Positions 36,002 to 45,225 of a DNA stretch of 62,435 nucleotides are shown here, in pieces. The translations under genes were made by a program, and so were the position numbers. The stretch's first letter is position 1. Each line of letters begins with the position of its first letter. The notes under the pieces are model-generated. The model made no database searches. It was not told where the DNA came from and saw only the letters and a program-made list of their open reading frames with translations. This DNA is from a bacterium (GTDB lineage: Bacteria > Patescibacteriota > JABMPQ01 > JAUVWW01): positions 1 to 62,435 of the forward strand of contig JAUVWW010000005.1 of NCBI GenBank assembly GCA_030603885.1, in the 5' to 3' direction.

Positions 36002-37090
36002 CTATTTCTCTAACATAGTTAAGGCTCTCTTTTCTGCTTTTCTCTTTTCTGACCTTTGAATTTTACTCTTAAAGATTCCTTTTCTTAGAATTTCAATTGA
36101 CTGTTCCATTAAATCTTTTCTTACTGGATAAGGATAGCCGTCTTTTCCCCCATGGGCAAAGGAGAATCGAGCCGGATCCCGCCATGAAACTTTTTTGCCA
36201 TAGATTAGTTCAGAGACTAAAGCTAGAGCCCGGATAGTCTTTGGACCTACTCCTTTAATGGCTAATAGCTTTTCAAAATTCTTGGGTCTTTTCTCATGAG
36301 CCTGGTGTATAATCTTTTCTAGTCTTTTCGATTTAAAGTCAACTTCATAGATAGGATGACGCTTGGGCATCTCTAGCCTTTCAATCTTTTTTATATCTTT
36401 CATCAAACTAAAAGGATTAGCCTTAGTTACCAATTCTGCACTTTGTTTTCTTGTCTCTTTTGATTCTCGAGCCACCATATTCAAAAGTCTTCCTCTAAAA
36501 TCAGAAATAATTCCAGCATGAGGCTCTTCTACAAAATTCTTTACTTTATCTGAGAGCCAGTGATAACGTCTAGCCATTGATATATCAGGATTCATTCCCT
36601 GCTGAATAACACACCATAGTCCTTGTTTGGTAAAAATAAAATTGTGATGATAAATCTGAAATTTATCTTGGACAGCAGTATTATCTACTTTGGCTGACAT
36701 TCGAGAAGCATAGACAAGATTAGCTACTTGAGAGGGAAAGATATTATACTTTTCGCCAGCTAGATTTATCTCTTCTGGCGCCTTACGAGAAGTCTTTCCT
36801 TTTCCTCCAACAATATAAAGACCCAAATTTTTCTCCTCTGGTTTAAGGGCTTCCTTCAAAGCTCCCAGAGTAACAGTAGTTAATCCTGATGAGTGCCAAT
36901 CAAATCCCAGCACACAACCAAAGGCCTGAAACCAAAATGGGTCAGAGAGCTTTTTTAGAAATTCCTTAATGCTATATTCTTTAATGATAGCTAAGCTAAT
37001 TTCCCTGGCTAGCTCTCTCATTTTTTCAAAAAGCCAAGCAGGAGCTTTTCCCCAATGAAGTGGTAAGGTGGCTATGCCGGTTCTTTTCAT
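36002..37090 (-). CDS. DUF763-family protein with a C-terminal helix-hairpin-helix
   Basis: LPLHWGKAPAWLF, LSDPFWFQAFGCVLGFDWHSSGLTTVTLGALKEAL, HhH LLAIKGVGPKTIRALA. Confidence 0.55.
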   Translation of the reverse strand: MKRTGIATLPLHWGKAPAWLFEKMRELAREISLAIIKEYSIKEFLKKLSDPFWFQAFGCVLGFDWHSSGLTTVTLGALKEALKPEEKNLGLYIVGGKGKTSRKAPEEINLAGEKYNIFPSQVANLVYASRMSAKVDNTAVQDKFQIYHHNFIFTKQGLWCVIQQGMNPDISMARRYHWLSDKVKNFVEEPHAGIISDFRGRLLNMVARESKETRKQSAELVTKANPFSLMKDIKKIERLEMPKRHPIYEVDFKSKRLEKIIHQAHEKRPKNFEKLLAIKGVGPKTIRALALVSELIYGKKVSWRDPARFSFAHGGKDGYPYPVRKDLMEQSIEILRKGIFKSKIQRSEKRKAEKRALTMLEK

Positions 37091-37099
37091 ATTAACAAT

Positions 37100-38719
37100 C
37101 TATTCATTAGTTTCCTCCTTTTTAACTTTAGTTATAGAAAGAGAAAAACTAAAAGTAGATCCCTTGCCTTTTCCCTCTGATTCTACCCAGGCTTTACCTC
37201 CGTGAGCTTCAACTAATTGTTTAACAATAAATAAACCAAGACCTGAGCCTGAAGGATTGATGACTGCTCTTCTTCCTCGAGAGAATTTTTGAAATAAAGT
37301 GGAAACTTCTTTCTTGGGAATACCTATGCCCGTATCTTTAACATGAATATAGATTTTATTGTCCTTTTCTTCGGCTAAAACGGTAATGCCACCTTTTTCT
37401 GTATATTTAATAGCATTGTCTACAAGATTCATAATGACATTATGAATCTTGTCTGGATCAACCAAGAGCTTAGAAAGTTTCTTTTTTGGCTTTATAAACT
37501 TTAAGGATAGTCCTCTCTTTTTAGCTAAATTGGAAAGCTGCTCTATAACACCAGAAATGAGATTCTCTGGCCGTACTTCCTCTTTTATCAGTTTAAGTCT
37601 ACCTACTTCAATTTTGGAGACATCTAAAAAGACATCAATTAGATTGATCATCCTATCTGTGGCTTCTAAGTTCTTCTTCATTATCTCTTTCTGTTGATCT
37701 TGAAGTTGGCCATAGTCTCCTTCTAAAAGCATGGAGAGATATCCTTTAACACCAGAAATAGGCGTTCTTAGCTGATGAGCAGCTATATTCATAAAATTGG
37801 TTTTGGCTTCATCTAGTCTTTTTAACTGCTTATTAGCTTTTTCTAATTTTTGGGCTAATACTTGTATTTGCTCTCTTCTTTTTACTTCCTGCAAAACAGA
37901 TCGAATCAATAAAGCTCCGAAGAAGATGACCAAGATCAACATCCCTCCTCTAAGTAGAAGCTGAGTAATGTTAGGAGCGAGAAGAGTTTGAGTAAGAAAA
38001 ACTAAAATGATCAGGGCAGTAAAAAGTTCGGTAGCAATGACGCGGATGTTGAGGAGACGGTGTTTGACAATGGCGTAGGCAAAAAGAATCACCATGGCTA
38101 AAGTAAAAATTGGTCCCAACCAAACAAAATTATAATTGTTAAGAGCTAATGGTAATACAAGGTTACATAGACTACCAAAGACTATAGAAATACTAGTCCC
38201 CCAAAGTACAAATTTCAATTGAGTTTTCTCGATTTCATTGGCTTTTCTATATTTAGAACCAAGATTCTTAAAAGCCCACCCCATTAAAAAGAAAAAATAT
38301 AAAGCAAAAATAAATAATCCTGGACCGGTACTAATTTTCCAGGGATACAATGAAATATTCTTAATCGTAAATCCAGGAATACTTACCAAAATACACATTA
38401 AAGGAACTGAAAAAAGTATTATTTTCCTGTGATACTTTTGGAGATCAGCCAAACTTTTAGGAAAAACTAAAGAGAAATAAAGAAAGCCAGCAGCAATGAA
38501 AATGGCACTCATATAGCTCAATACAGACCAGAATTTGGCTAAAAACGATGTTTTTGAGGTAATAGATGTAATGTTGGTAAATGCCCACAGTGACACACTC
38601 AGAACAATTAAACTGTAAGAAATATTGATACGATCGTGTCTATTCTTGAAATATATAATCAAAGCTAATCCTAAATTTATAACCGTTGTAGTAATTAAGA
38701 CTGTAATTTTAAAATCCAT
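37100..38719 (-). CDS. Sensor histidine kinase with a roughly 7-TM N-terminal domain (no response regulator in the window)
   Basis: H box AAHQLRTPISGVKGY. N box DNAIKYT. G boxes DTGIGIP and GSGLGLFIVK. Confidence 0.9.
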   Translation of the reverse strand: MDFKITVLITTTVINLGLALIIYFKNRHDRINISYSLIVLSVSLWAFTNITSITSKTSFLAKFWSVLSYMSAIFIAAGFLYFSLVFPKSLADLQKYHRKIILFSVPLMCILVSIPGFTIKNISLYPWKISTGPGLFIFALYFFFLMGWAFKNLGSKYRKANEIEKTQLKFVLWGTSISIVFGSLCNLVLPLALNNYNFVWLGPIFTLAMVILFAYAIVKHRLLNIRVIATELFTALIILVFLTQTLLAPNITQLLLRGGMLILVIFFGALLIRSVLQEVKRREQIQVLAQKLEKANKQLKRLDEAKTNFMNIAAHQLRTPISGVKGYLSMLLEGDYGQLQDQQKEIMKKNLEATDRMINLIDVFLDVSKIEVGRLKLIKEEVRPENLISGVIEQLSNLAKKRGLSLKFIKPKKKLSKLLVDPDKIHNVIMNLVDNAIKYTEKGGITVLAEEKDNKIYIHVKDTGIGIPKKEVSTLFQKFSRGRRAVINPSGSGLGLFIVKQLVEAHGGKAWVESEGKGKGSTFSFSLSITKVKKEETNE

Positions 38720-38764
38720 ATTTTTCTCTCTTATATTCTTATTATATCTGAAGCTTATTAAATT

Positions 38765-38810
38765 TTCAAGAAAAATAGGCAGTTCAGGATTATCTTCCTA
38801 ACTGCCTATT
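38765..38810 (-). terminator. Rho-independent terminator of the N-acyltransferase gene (overlaps its stop codon)
   Basis: 11-bp stem AATAGGCAGTT/AACTGCCTATT, followed by TTTTTCTTG on the minus strand. Confidence 0.65.
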
Positions 38811-39432
38811 TAGTAAACCACTTAAATAACTCAGGGTTCCCCTTTTTAACTTTCCCTTCAGCTTTGCGAAGATCGAGCATAGCTACCAGAGAGGAAACAC
38901 CAGGCTGATATTCCTTGATAAGGCTAATCTGTTGGCAAGGGAAACCATAAGACTGCAAGACTTTCAAATAACGCTTCTCAACTACCATATACCAATATCT
39001 AAAACCATTCATTATAGACCATTGATATAGTACTTTATATAGTAACATCGCTACACGAAACCCTTCACGAGATTTTCTAAGATCTGGCAAAATGGCAAGA
39101 CGAGAAATTTCTACTGTTTCGTTGTCCTTTCTTATTTGTATTCCCCTTACCAGTTCCCTGAATTCCTTTTCAATCATGAACTCTTTGTTAGGAAGAACAA
39201 AACGAGCAAAACCTACCAGATGACCTAAATAATCGAAGACTCCAAAACTCACTGCATGTTCATCGTATTTATCGCTTTCTTTTTTCTCTTTAAATTGGTC
39301 TGGGCTGAACCAACCAAGTTCCTCTACAAAAACTTTGTATCTTAGATGCTGAGCTTCCTCCCGTTCATAGATATCATCCGGATCAATGTTCCTAGCAATT
39401 AATCCATGATCTTCAATTGATATCTTTTTCAT
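38806..39432 (-). CDS. LuxI / N-acyl amino acid synthase-like GNAT-fold N-acyltransferase
   Basis: LRYKVFVEELGW...ESDKYD...GFARFV...EISRLAI reproduces the conserved R..F...LGW / E.D.YD / R / E.SR pattern of autoinducer-synthase-like enzymes. Confidence 0.6.
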   Translation of the reverse strand: MKKISIEDHGLIARNIDPDDIYEREEAQHLRYKVFVEELGWFSPDQFKEKKESDKYDEHAVSFGVFDYLGHLVGFARFVLPNKEFMIEKEFRELVRGIQIRKDNETVEISRLAILPDLRKSREGFRVAMLLYKVLYQWSIMNGFRYWYMVVEKRYLKVLQSYGFPCQQISLIKEYQPGVSSLVAMLDLRKAEGKVKKGNPELFKWFTK

Positions 39433-39488
39433 AATTTTCCTCCATTTTTATCTAATTTTAAACAACACAAAAATACACTTATTGTCTT

Positions 39489-39517
39489 ACTCTAGCACAG
39501 AATAAATTTTCTGTCAA
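39489..39517 (-). promoter_or_regulatory. Promoter of the N-acyltransferase gene (TTGACA-N14-TGCTAGAGT)
   Basis: Minus strand: TTGACA (39512-39517), 17 nt, TAGAGT (39489-39494). Confidence 0.55.
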
Positions 39518-39525
39518 ATTCTTGA

Positions 39526-39559
39526 CATAAAAATAGCCGAGACATGAAGTCTCGGCTAT
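39526..39559 (-). terminator. Rho-independent terminator after the lon-mgtC unit
   Basis: 11-bp stem ATAGCCGAGAC/GTCTCGGCTAT followed by TTTTTAT. Confidence 0.7.
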
Positions 39560-39587
39560 TAAATAGATTAAAAGTTGACCTTCAACA

Positions 39588-40055
39588 TCATTCCCTTTTT
39601 CTATCAAATCTATCAAACCAAATGTCCACTCTTCTTAAAATGAACAAAAGAATAATTACTAGGATAGTGGCCAGGATAGAAATTACATACCAACCACAAC
39701 CAATCGATATTCCAATAGCAGTGGTAATCCAGAGACCGGCAGCAGTAGTTATTCCTTCTATTTTTTCTGGCCTTTTAAAGATAACTCCGGCTCCAATAAA
39801 ACCTATGCCAATAAGTATAGAAGATATAATTCGAGATGGATCAAAAGCAGTCCTAATCCAAAAAATATCAAAGGCCTCTCTGGATAAAACAGTAAATAGA
39901 GCTGCGGCTAGACAAACCAAAGTATAAGTTTTGATTCCAGCTGCTCTCTGTCGATATTCTCTCTCTAGCCCTATCAGTCCTCCTAAGACAATAGCTAAAA
40001 CTAACTGCAAGATGGTTTGCCATTGATAAAACTCTACTTTAAAAATTTCCCACAT
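39588..40055 (-). CDS. MgtC/SapB family membrane protein
   Basis: GLIGLEREYRQRAAGIKTYTLVCL. Confidence 0.85.
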   Translation of the reverse strand: MWEIFKVEFYQWQTILQLVLAIVLGGLIGLEREYRQRAAGIKTYTLVCLAAALFTVLSREAFDIFWIRTAFDPSRIISSILIGIGFIGAGVIFKRPEKIEGITTAAGLWITTAIGISIGCGWYVISILATILVIILLFILRRVDIWFDRFDRKRE

Positions 40056-40066
40056 AATTTTTTAAA

Positions 40067-42403
40067 TTAAGATTTTTTATGTAAAGCTTGTTTGAGCACC
40101 TCATCCATATGCTTGACAAAGATAAACTTCAGATCACCTCTTACATTTTTTGGAATTTCTTCTAGGTTCTTTTTATTATCAAAAGGAAGAATCACTGTTT
40201 TTATTCCTGCTCTATGAGCAGCTAGCACTTTCTCTTTTATTCCTCCAATCTCAAGTACTCTACCTCGCAAAGTAATTTCTCCTGTCATACCTACTCCTCT
40301 TTTTACTAGCTTTCCAGTCGAATTAGAAACAATGGCTGTGGCCATGGCAATACCAGCTGATGGTCCATCTTTGGGAATAGCACCGGCAGGAACATGAATA
40401 TGCAAATCAAAATCTTTATAGAACGTCTCTTTAATACCAAGCTTTTTAGCTTTAGATTTGGCATAAGTAAAAGCAGCTTGGACTGATTCCTTCATCACCT
40501 TACCCAAGTGTCCGGTTAAAATCAACTTTCCTTTTCCTGGCATTCTGGCCGATTCAACAAATAGAATCTCTCCACCAGCAGTTGTCCAGGCAAGGGCTGT
40601 GGCTACTCCAACCTCGTCTTTTTTCTCTGCTAAAATAAGCCTGAATTTGCGTGGTCCTAAGTATTTGTGAAGATCTGAAATACCAATCTTATAAGTCTTT
40701 TTAACTTTATTCTTCTCGGCAATCTCTCTGATAACTTTTCTGCAGACTTTAGCCAGCTCTCGTTCAAGATCCCTCACCCCTGCTTCTCTGGTATATTCTC
40801 TAATAACTGACCTAATAGCTCCATCTGTGATAGTAAAATATTTTTTGTTTAAAGCATGGGATTTAATGAGTTTAAGTATCAGAAACTCCTTAGCAATATG
40901 GAATTTCTCTTCTTCGGTATACCCTGGAAACTTGATTATCTCCATACGATCAAGTAAAGCTGGAGGTATAGTATCAGTTATATTTCCTGTGGTAATAAAC
41001 ATTACATCAGAAAGATCAAAGGGAATCTCTATGTAATGATCAGAAAAAGCAAAATTCTGCTCAGGGTCTAAGGCTTCAAGTAAAGCTGATGAGGGATCAC
41101 CTCTAAAATCTTTTCCTACTTTATCAATCTCATCCAGCATAAATACAGGATTTTTTGTTCCGGCAGTCTTAACTCCTTGGACAATCCGACCAGGAAGAGC
41201 TCCTACATAAGTACGCCTGTGTCCTCTAATTTCTGCTTCATCTCTAATACCACCTAAAGACATACGGACAAACTTACGTCCCAAAGCCCGAGCTATAGAT
41301 TTTCCCACTGAGGTCTTTCCTGTACCTGGGGGGCCAATAAAACACAAAATAGGTCCCTTAATCTTTCCTGCCATTTTACATACGGCTAAATATTCTAGCA
41401 TTCTCTCTTTGACATCTTTTAGACCATAATGGTCTTCATCAAGAATCTTTTTTGCTTTTTTAATATCTACTTTAGCTTCTGATTTTTTAGCCCAGGGTAG
41501 CTCAGCTAACCAATCAAGATAAGTTCTAATATAGGATATCTCTGGAGAAAAAGAAGGCATAGCCTTAAGACGATCAAGCTCTTTTATGGCTACCTTTTTT
41601 GCCTCCTTAGGCATGCCTGCTGCCTCAAGCTTCTTTCTAAGCTCTTGGATCTCTGATCTTTCTTCCATGCCTAGCTCTTTTTGAATAGCCTTCATTTGCT
41701 CTCTAAGTATAACCTCTCTTTGCATTTTTCCTAACTCTTTAGTAGTTCTTCTTTGAATCTTCTTGGCCACTTGAAGAACTTCTAGCTTGCGACCGATATA
41801 GGAATTTATCAGTTTAAGACGGTCTTTAAGATTAAAGGCTTCAAGAACTCTCTGTTTTTCCGCTGGTTTCAGATTCAGAGAGAAAGCAATCATGTCCGCC
41901 CTTTGAGAAGGAGTAGGACGACCAAATATAATAGATAAAGTCTCCAGGGGCACAGGCATTCCTAGGGCAATGCATCTTTTAAACCGGTCTTCCAGGTTGT
42001 GCATCAAAGCTTCGGCCTCTACCGTCATTTTGGCTATCTCGGGAACCTCTTCTGTTTTTACTTTAAAAAAGGGAGTCTCTTGGGTAAAGCCCAATATTTT
42101 TACCCTAGACCTTCCTTGAACAATACAAGCAATAGTTCCATCTGGCAATCTGTGGCTTTCTAAAACTCTAACTAGACATCCTACAGAATAAAGATCTCCT
42201 GATTTGGGTTTATCAATGGTCTTATCTTTTTGCAAGACAATCACTACCATTCTGTCTTTAGTCAAAGTAACTTCAGCTGCTTTCTTGGATCCTGGCCTTT
42301 TAAAAGCCATGGGAAGACCAACATTTGGAAAAACAACAGTCTCACGAGAGGCAATTAAAGGATATTCTTTTCCTTTTTTAGGTGTACTAAATAAAGGTGA
42401 CAT
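40067..42403 (-). CDS. lon: ATP-dependent Lon protease
   Basis: LON N-domain. Walker [10 protein letters not shown]. Proteolytic PKDGPSAGIAMATA. Confidence 0.97.
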   Translation of the reverse strand: MSPLFSTPKKGKEYPLIASRETVVFPNVGLPMAFKRPGSKKAAEVTLTKDRMVVIVLQKDKTIDKPKSGDLYSVGCLVRVLESHRLPDGTIACIVQGRSRVKILGFTQETPFFKVKTEEVPEIAKMTVEAEALMHNLEDRFKRCIALGMPVPLETLSIIFGRPTPSQRADMIAFSLNLKPAEKQRVLEAFNLKDRLKLINSYIGRKLEVLQVAKKIQRRTTKELGKMQREVILREQMKAIQKELGMEERSEIQELRKKLEAAGMPKEAKKVAIKELDRLKAMPSFSPEISYIRTYLDWLAELPWAKKSEAKVDIKKAKKILDEDHYGLKDVKERMLEYLAVCKMAGKIKGPILCFIGPPGTGKTSVGKSIARALGRKFVRMSLGGIRDEAEIRGHRRTYVGALPGRIVQGVKTAGTKNPVFMLDEIDKVGKDFRGDPSSALLEALDPEQNFAFSDHYIEIPFDLSDVMFITTGNITDTIPPALLDRMEIIKFPGYTEEEKFHIAKEFLILKLIKSHALNKKYFTITDGAIRSVIREYTREAGVRDLERELAKVCRKVIREIAEKNKVKKTYKIGISDLHKYLGPRKFRLILAEKKDEVGVATALAWTTAGGEILFVESARMPGKGKLILTGHLGKVMKESVQAAFTYAKSKAKKLGIKETFYKDFDLHIHVPAGAIPKDGPSAGIAMATAIVSNSTGKLVKRGVGMTGEITLRGRVLEIGGIKEKVLAAHRAGIKTVILPFDNKKNLEEIPKNVRGDLKFIFVKHMDEVLKQALHKKS

Positions 42404-42470
42404 AAGAATATAACTGTTTCTTAGTCTAGGTATTTATTTTAGTTTTATTTTCTACTGTTTCCTACACTTT

Positions 42471-42499
42471 ATTATATCATAACAAAAATTTTTAATCAA
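42471..42499 (-). promoter_or_regulatory. lon promoter
   Basis: Minus strand: TTGATT, 17 nt, TATAAT. Confidence 0.5.
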
Positions 42500-42530
42500 T
42501 AAAAGGCGCTGTGCATAAACACTTGCGCCT
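42496..42530 (-). terminator. Terminator after the EF-Tu-D2-like gene
   Basis: AGGCGC/GCGCCT stem followed by TTTTATTG on the minus strand. Confidence 0.45.
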
Positions 42531-42560
42531 AGAACTTTAGATCTGTAATTTTAAACTTAT

Positions 42561-42833
42561 TTATTCTTCTATTACTTTGTATACGGTATCTCCTTCCCGG
42601 GCATGTTCTGTAACTTTTAAGCCAACAGACTGTCCTTTTTCAGCTTTTTCTATTGACTCCCGCTCTATCTGCATAGATTCCACTTTCTGTGTAAAATCTG
42701 AAGTGGCACCCTTAACATGGATAGTATCACCTCGGGACAGCTCATCATTCAATTCCACTACTGCTACTCCAATATTAGTAAAATAGTGAGTGACCTTACC
42801 TATTTCTTTTTCTTTTGGTATTGCTTCTTCCAT
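42561..42833 (-). CDS. Small translation-elongation-factor-like (EF-Tu domain 2-like beta-barrel) protein
   Basis: IGKVTHYFTNIGVAVVELNDELSRGDTIHVKG...GQSVGLKV...GDTVYKV. 90 aa. Confidence 0.6.
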   Translation of the reverse strand: MEEAIPKEKEIGKVTHYFTNIGVAVVELNDELSRGDTIHVKGATSDFTQKVESMQIERESIEKAEKGQSVGLKVTEHAREGDTVYKVIEE

Positions 42834-42895
42834 AATTTTTCACCCCCTCTTTAAAATTAATTTAAAGCCACATGTTATTAGTTATAGATTATCAG

Positions 42896-44233
42896 CTATC
42901 GCAACAGCGTAGTCACTTGGGCTGCTGCCCAATTAATAGCTTCTTCTGCCTTTTGTTCTCCCAAAACTACTTTTTCAATCATATCTATTATAACGCCCTC
43001 TGTCTGTGAAGGATTTTTCCCTCTAAACCAATTTTTAGCAGTTAGAGCTTGGTTGGCAAAAACAGAAAGTTTGGGATCTTCCTGTTGAAGTTCGATAACA
43101 TCATAACGGGAGGCAGGACGGCCAGTGGCTTCGCAATACTTAGCCACCATATCCTTTGAAGACAAAAAGGTCAAAAAGTCCCAAGCCACCTCTTTAGCTT
43201 GACTTTGGTTAGATACTACCATTCCCCAATAATTAGCAAAGTTAACTTCCTTAGGCATACCCTCAATCTGAGGAACTGGAGTAATACTATAATTTAACTT
43301 AGGAGCTCGAGCCTCAATTGTAAGTCCGTGATAAGAATAGCTAAACATTAAAGCTACCTTTTCATCAATAAAAGCATCAATAGAATGAGACAAGGTTGGA
43401 TTCCAAGTGTATACTTTCTTTTTTGGATTAGCAAAGTCTGTATAAAATACTAAAGCCTCTTTTCCAGGATTAAATCTCTCTCCGGTCTGTTCAGTTACTT
43501 CTTGGTTAAATGTAGCCTGAGTCCGCTCCTCATTTATTATCTGAGTTCCATTTTGGAGCATCAAAAGACCTAGGATATCAGCAGTCCGGTTTACATTTCT
43601 AGCACAACCCAAGGCTGCTCCAGATTGAGTAATATTTCCTAACTCATCAAATTTAGTTAGCTTCTCCACATATTCTTTAAACTTTTCCCAATTTTGAGGC
43701 GGAGAAGTATAGTGAGCTGATTTTAGAAGATCTTCATTCCAGTATAAAGCTAGGGTATCTACCGATAAAGCCACCCCATAGATCTCACTTTTATCCACAA
43801 AATCATCAGCTACTACATCAACAAAAGTCTCTTCAAAGTCAGGAAGAGCTTTGAGAGAATCGGGCAAGGGAGTCAGTTTTTCCATATGTTTTGGAAGCCA
43901 GGTATTATGAATCATCCAAATATCAGGACCACGGCCGGCTGCTAGAGACTCTGTAACTATATCCTCATACTCTGAGTATTCCCATTTCTTATAGGTAATG
44001 CTTACATTAGGATTAATCTTGCGATATTCATCAATCAGAGGCTGAAAGACAGATGAATCATCCCAAAGCCCCCAAAAGGAAAGATTGGCTGAAGGCTGAG
44101 TAGGTGTTGGTGTTGGGGGTGGTGTAGGAGTTGGTTGGCAGCCAGGACAGGCTTGACCAGTAGTGATGAAAACAACAACTAAGCTTATAAATATGGCTAG
44201 GGATAATTTTTTAGATAGATTTGTTTTAAACAT
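42896..44233 (-). CDS. Extracellular solute-binding protein (ABC family 1, sugar type), lipoprotein-like, with no adjacent permease or ATPase
   Basis: Signal/lipobox-like region ...TTGQAC. Pro/Thr linker. SBP-like body. Confidence 0.7.
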   Translation of the reverse strand: MFKTNLSKKLSLAIFISLVVVFITTGQACPGCQPTPTPPPTPTPTQPSANLSFWGLWDDSSVFQPLIDEYRKINPNVSITYKKWEYSEYEDIVTESLAAGRGPDIWMIHNTWLPKHMEKLTPLPDSLKALPDFEETFVDVVADDFVDKSEIYGVALSVDTLALYWNEDLLKSAHYTSPPQNWEKFKEYVEKLTKFDELGNITQSGAALGCARNVNRTADILGLLMLQNGTQIINEERTQATFNQEVTEQTGERFNPGKEALVFYTDFANPKKKVYTWNPTLSHSIDAFIDEKVALMFSYSYHGLTIEARAPKLNYSITPVPQIEGMPKEVNFANYWGMVVSNQSQAKEVAWDFLTFLSSKDMVAKYCEATGRPASRYDVIELQQEDPKLSVFANQALTAKNWFRGKNPSQTEGVIIDMIEKVVLGEQKAEEAINWAAAQVTTLLR

Positions 44234-44280
44234 ACTAATTGAGTATTTAAAGCTTCTGTACGAATACTATATATTGAATA

Positions 44281-45150
44281 CTAAATACCAGACACTGATT
44301 TTAGATATTTCCTAAATTCTTTCCCTACTTCAGGATGTTCCAATCCCAACTCAACATTTGCCTTCAACCAACTTAGCTTTGATCCCAAATCATAATACTT
44401 GCCTTCGATCTTTTTGGCATAAAGAGGTCTCTCTTTAGACAGCTTAAAGATAGCATCCACAAGCCAAAGCTCACCGCCTTTGCTTAAAGGGATAGTCTCT
44501 AAAGCCTTAAAGATATCAGGAGTCAAAATATATCTACCTAGAGCAGCAAGATGAGAAGGGGCTTTTTTAGGACCTGGCTTCTCCACTATGGTCTTTACCT
44601 GAAAAGTATCTTTTTCTACCTCAGTAACATCCAAAATTCCATATTTCTCTGTCCCTTCATCATCCACTTCTAAAGCAGTCAGAACAGGATCACCATATTT
44701 TTCAAATACCTCTATCATCTGGGTTAAAACAGGTTTTTTGCTCACAAATACATCATCTCCCCACATAACACAAAAAGGCTCATCACCAATTAAGTGCTTA
44801 ACATTAAGCACTGGTGTACCATTACCGTAAGGCCCTTTTTGTCGAATATAGATAAAATTGGCTAACTCGGCGATTTTACGAACCTCGGATAACTTGTCTT
44901 CTTTCTTAGTCTGTTTAAGCCAACTTTCTAGCTCCAAATTGTAATCAAAATGATCCTCAACTGCTCTTTTAGATGCTCCGGTAACTAGAATAATATCTTT
45001 TATTCCCGAGTTAACCGCTTCTTCAATTACATACTGAACCACTGGTTTATCCACTATAGGAAGCATCTCTTTGGGTAAAGCTTTAGTAGCAGGCAAAAAT
45101 CTGGTACCATAGCCAGCCACTGGAATAACTGCTTTGGTAATTTTAGGCAT
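44281..45150 (-). CDS. galU: UTP--glucose-1-phosphate uridylyltransferase
   Basis: AVIPVAGYGTRFLPATKALPKEMLPIVDKP. Confidence 0.92.
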   Translation of the reverse strand: MPKITKAVIPVAGYGTRFLPATKALPKEMLPIVDKPVVQYVIEEAVNSGIKDIILVTGASKRAVEDHFDYNLELESWLKQTKKEDKLSEVRKIAELANFIYIRQKGPYGNGTPVLNVKHLIGDEPFCVMWGDDVFVSKKPVLTQMIEVFEKYGDPVLTALEVDDEGTEKYGILDVTEVEKDTFQVKTIVEKPGPKKAPSHLAALGRYILTPDIFKALETIPLSKGGELWLVDAIFKLSKERPLYAKKIEGKYYDLGSKLSWLKANVELGLEHPEVGKEFRKYLKSVSGI

Positions 45151-45178
45151 AAATTTATATTTGTTTTAAGTAATTTTA

Positions 45179-45187
45179 TGTGGATAA
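45179..45187 (-). promoter_or_regulatory. Perfect DnaA-box-like 9-mer (TTATCCACA on the minus strand)
   Basis: The plus strand reads TGTGGATAA. It lies about 30 nt upstream of the galU ATG. Confidence 0.35.
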
Positions 45188-45225
45188 CTCTTTAATACTT
45201 TAGCAAATTTTACATCAAAAGACAA

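Noticed and set aside
39544-39927. 127-aa plus-strand ORF
   Set aside because: It is antisense to the clearly recognisable MgtC/SapB gene, and its start lies inside the terminator hairpin.
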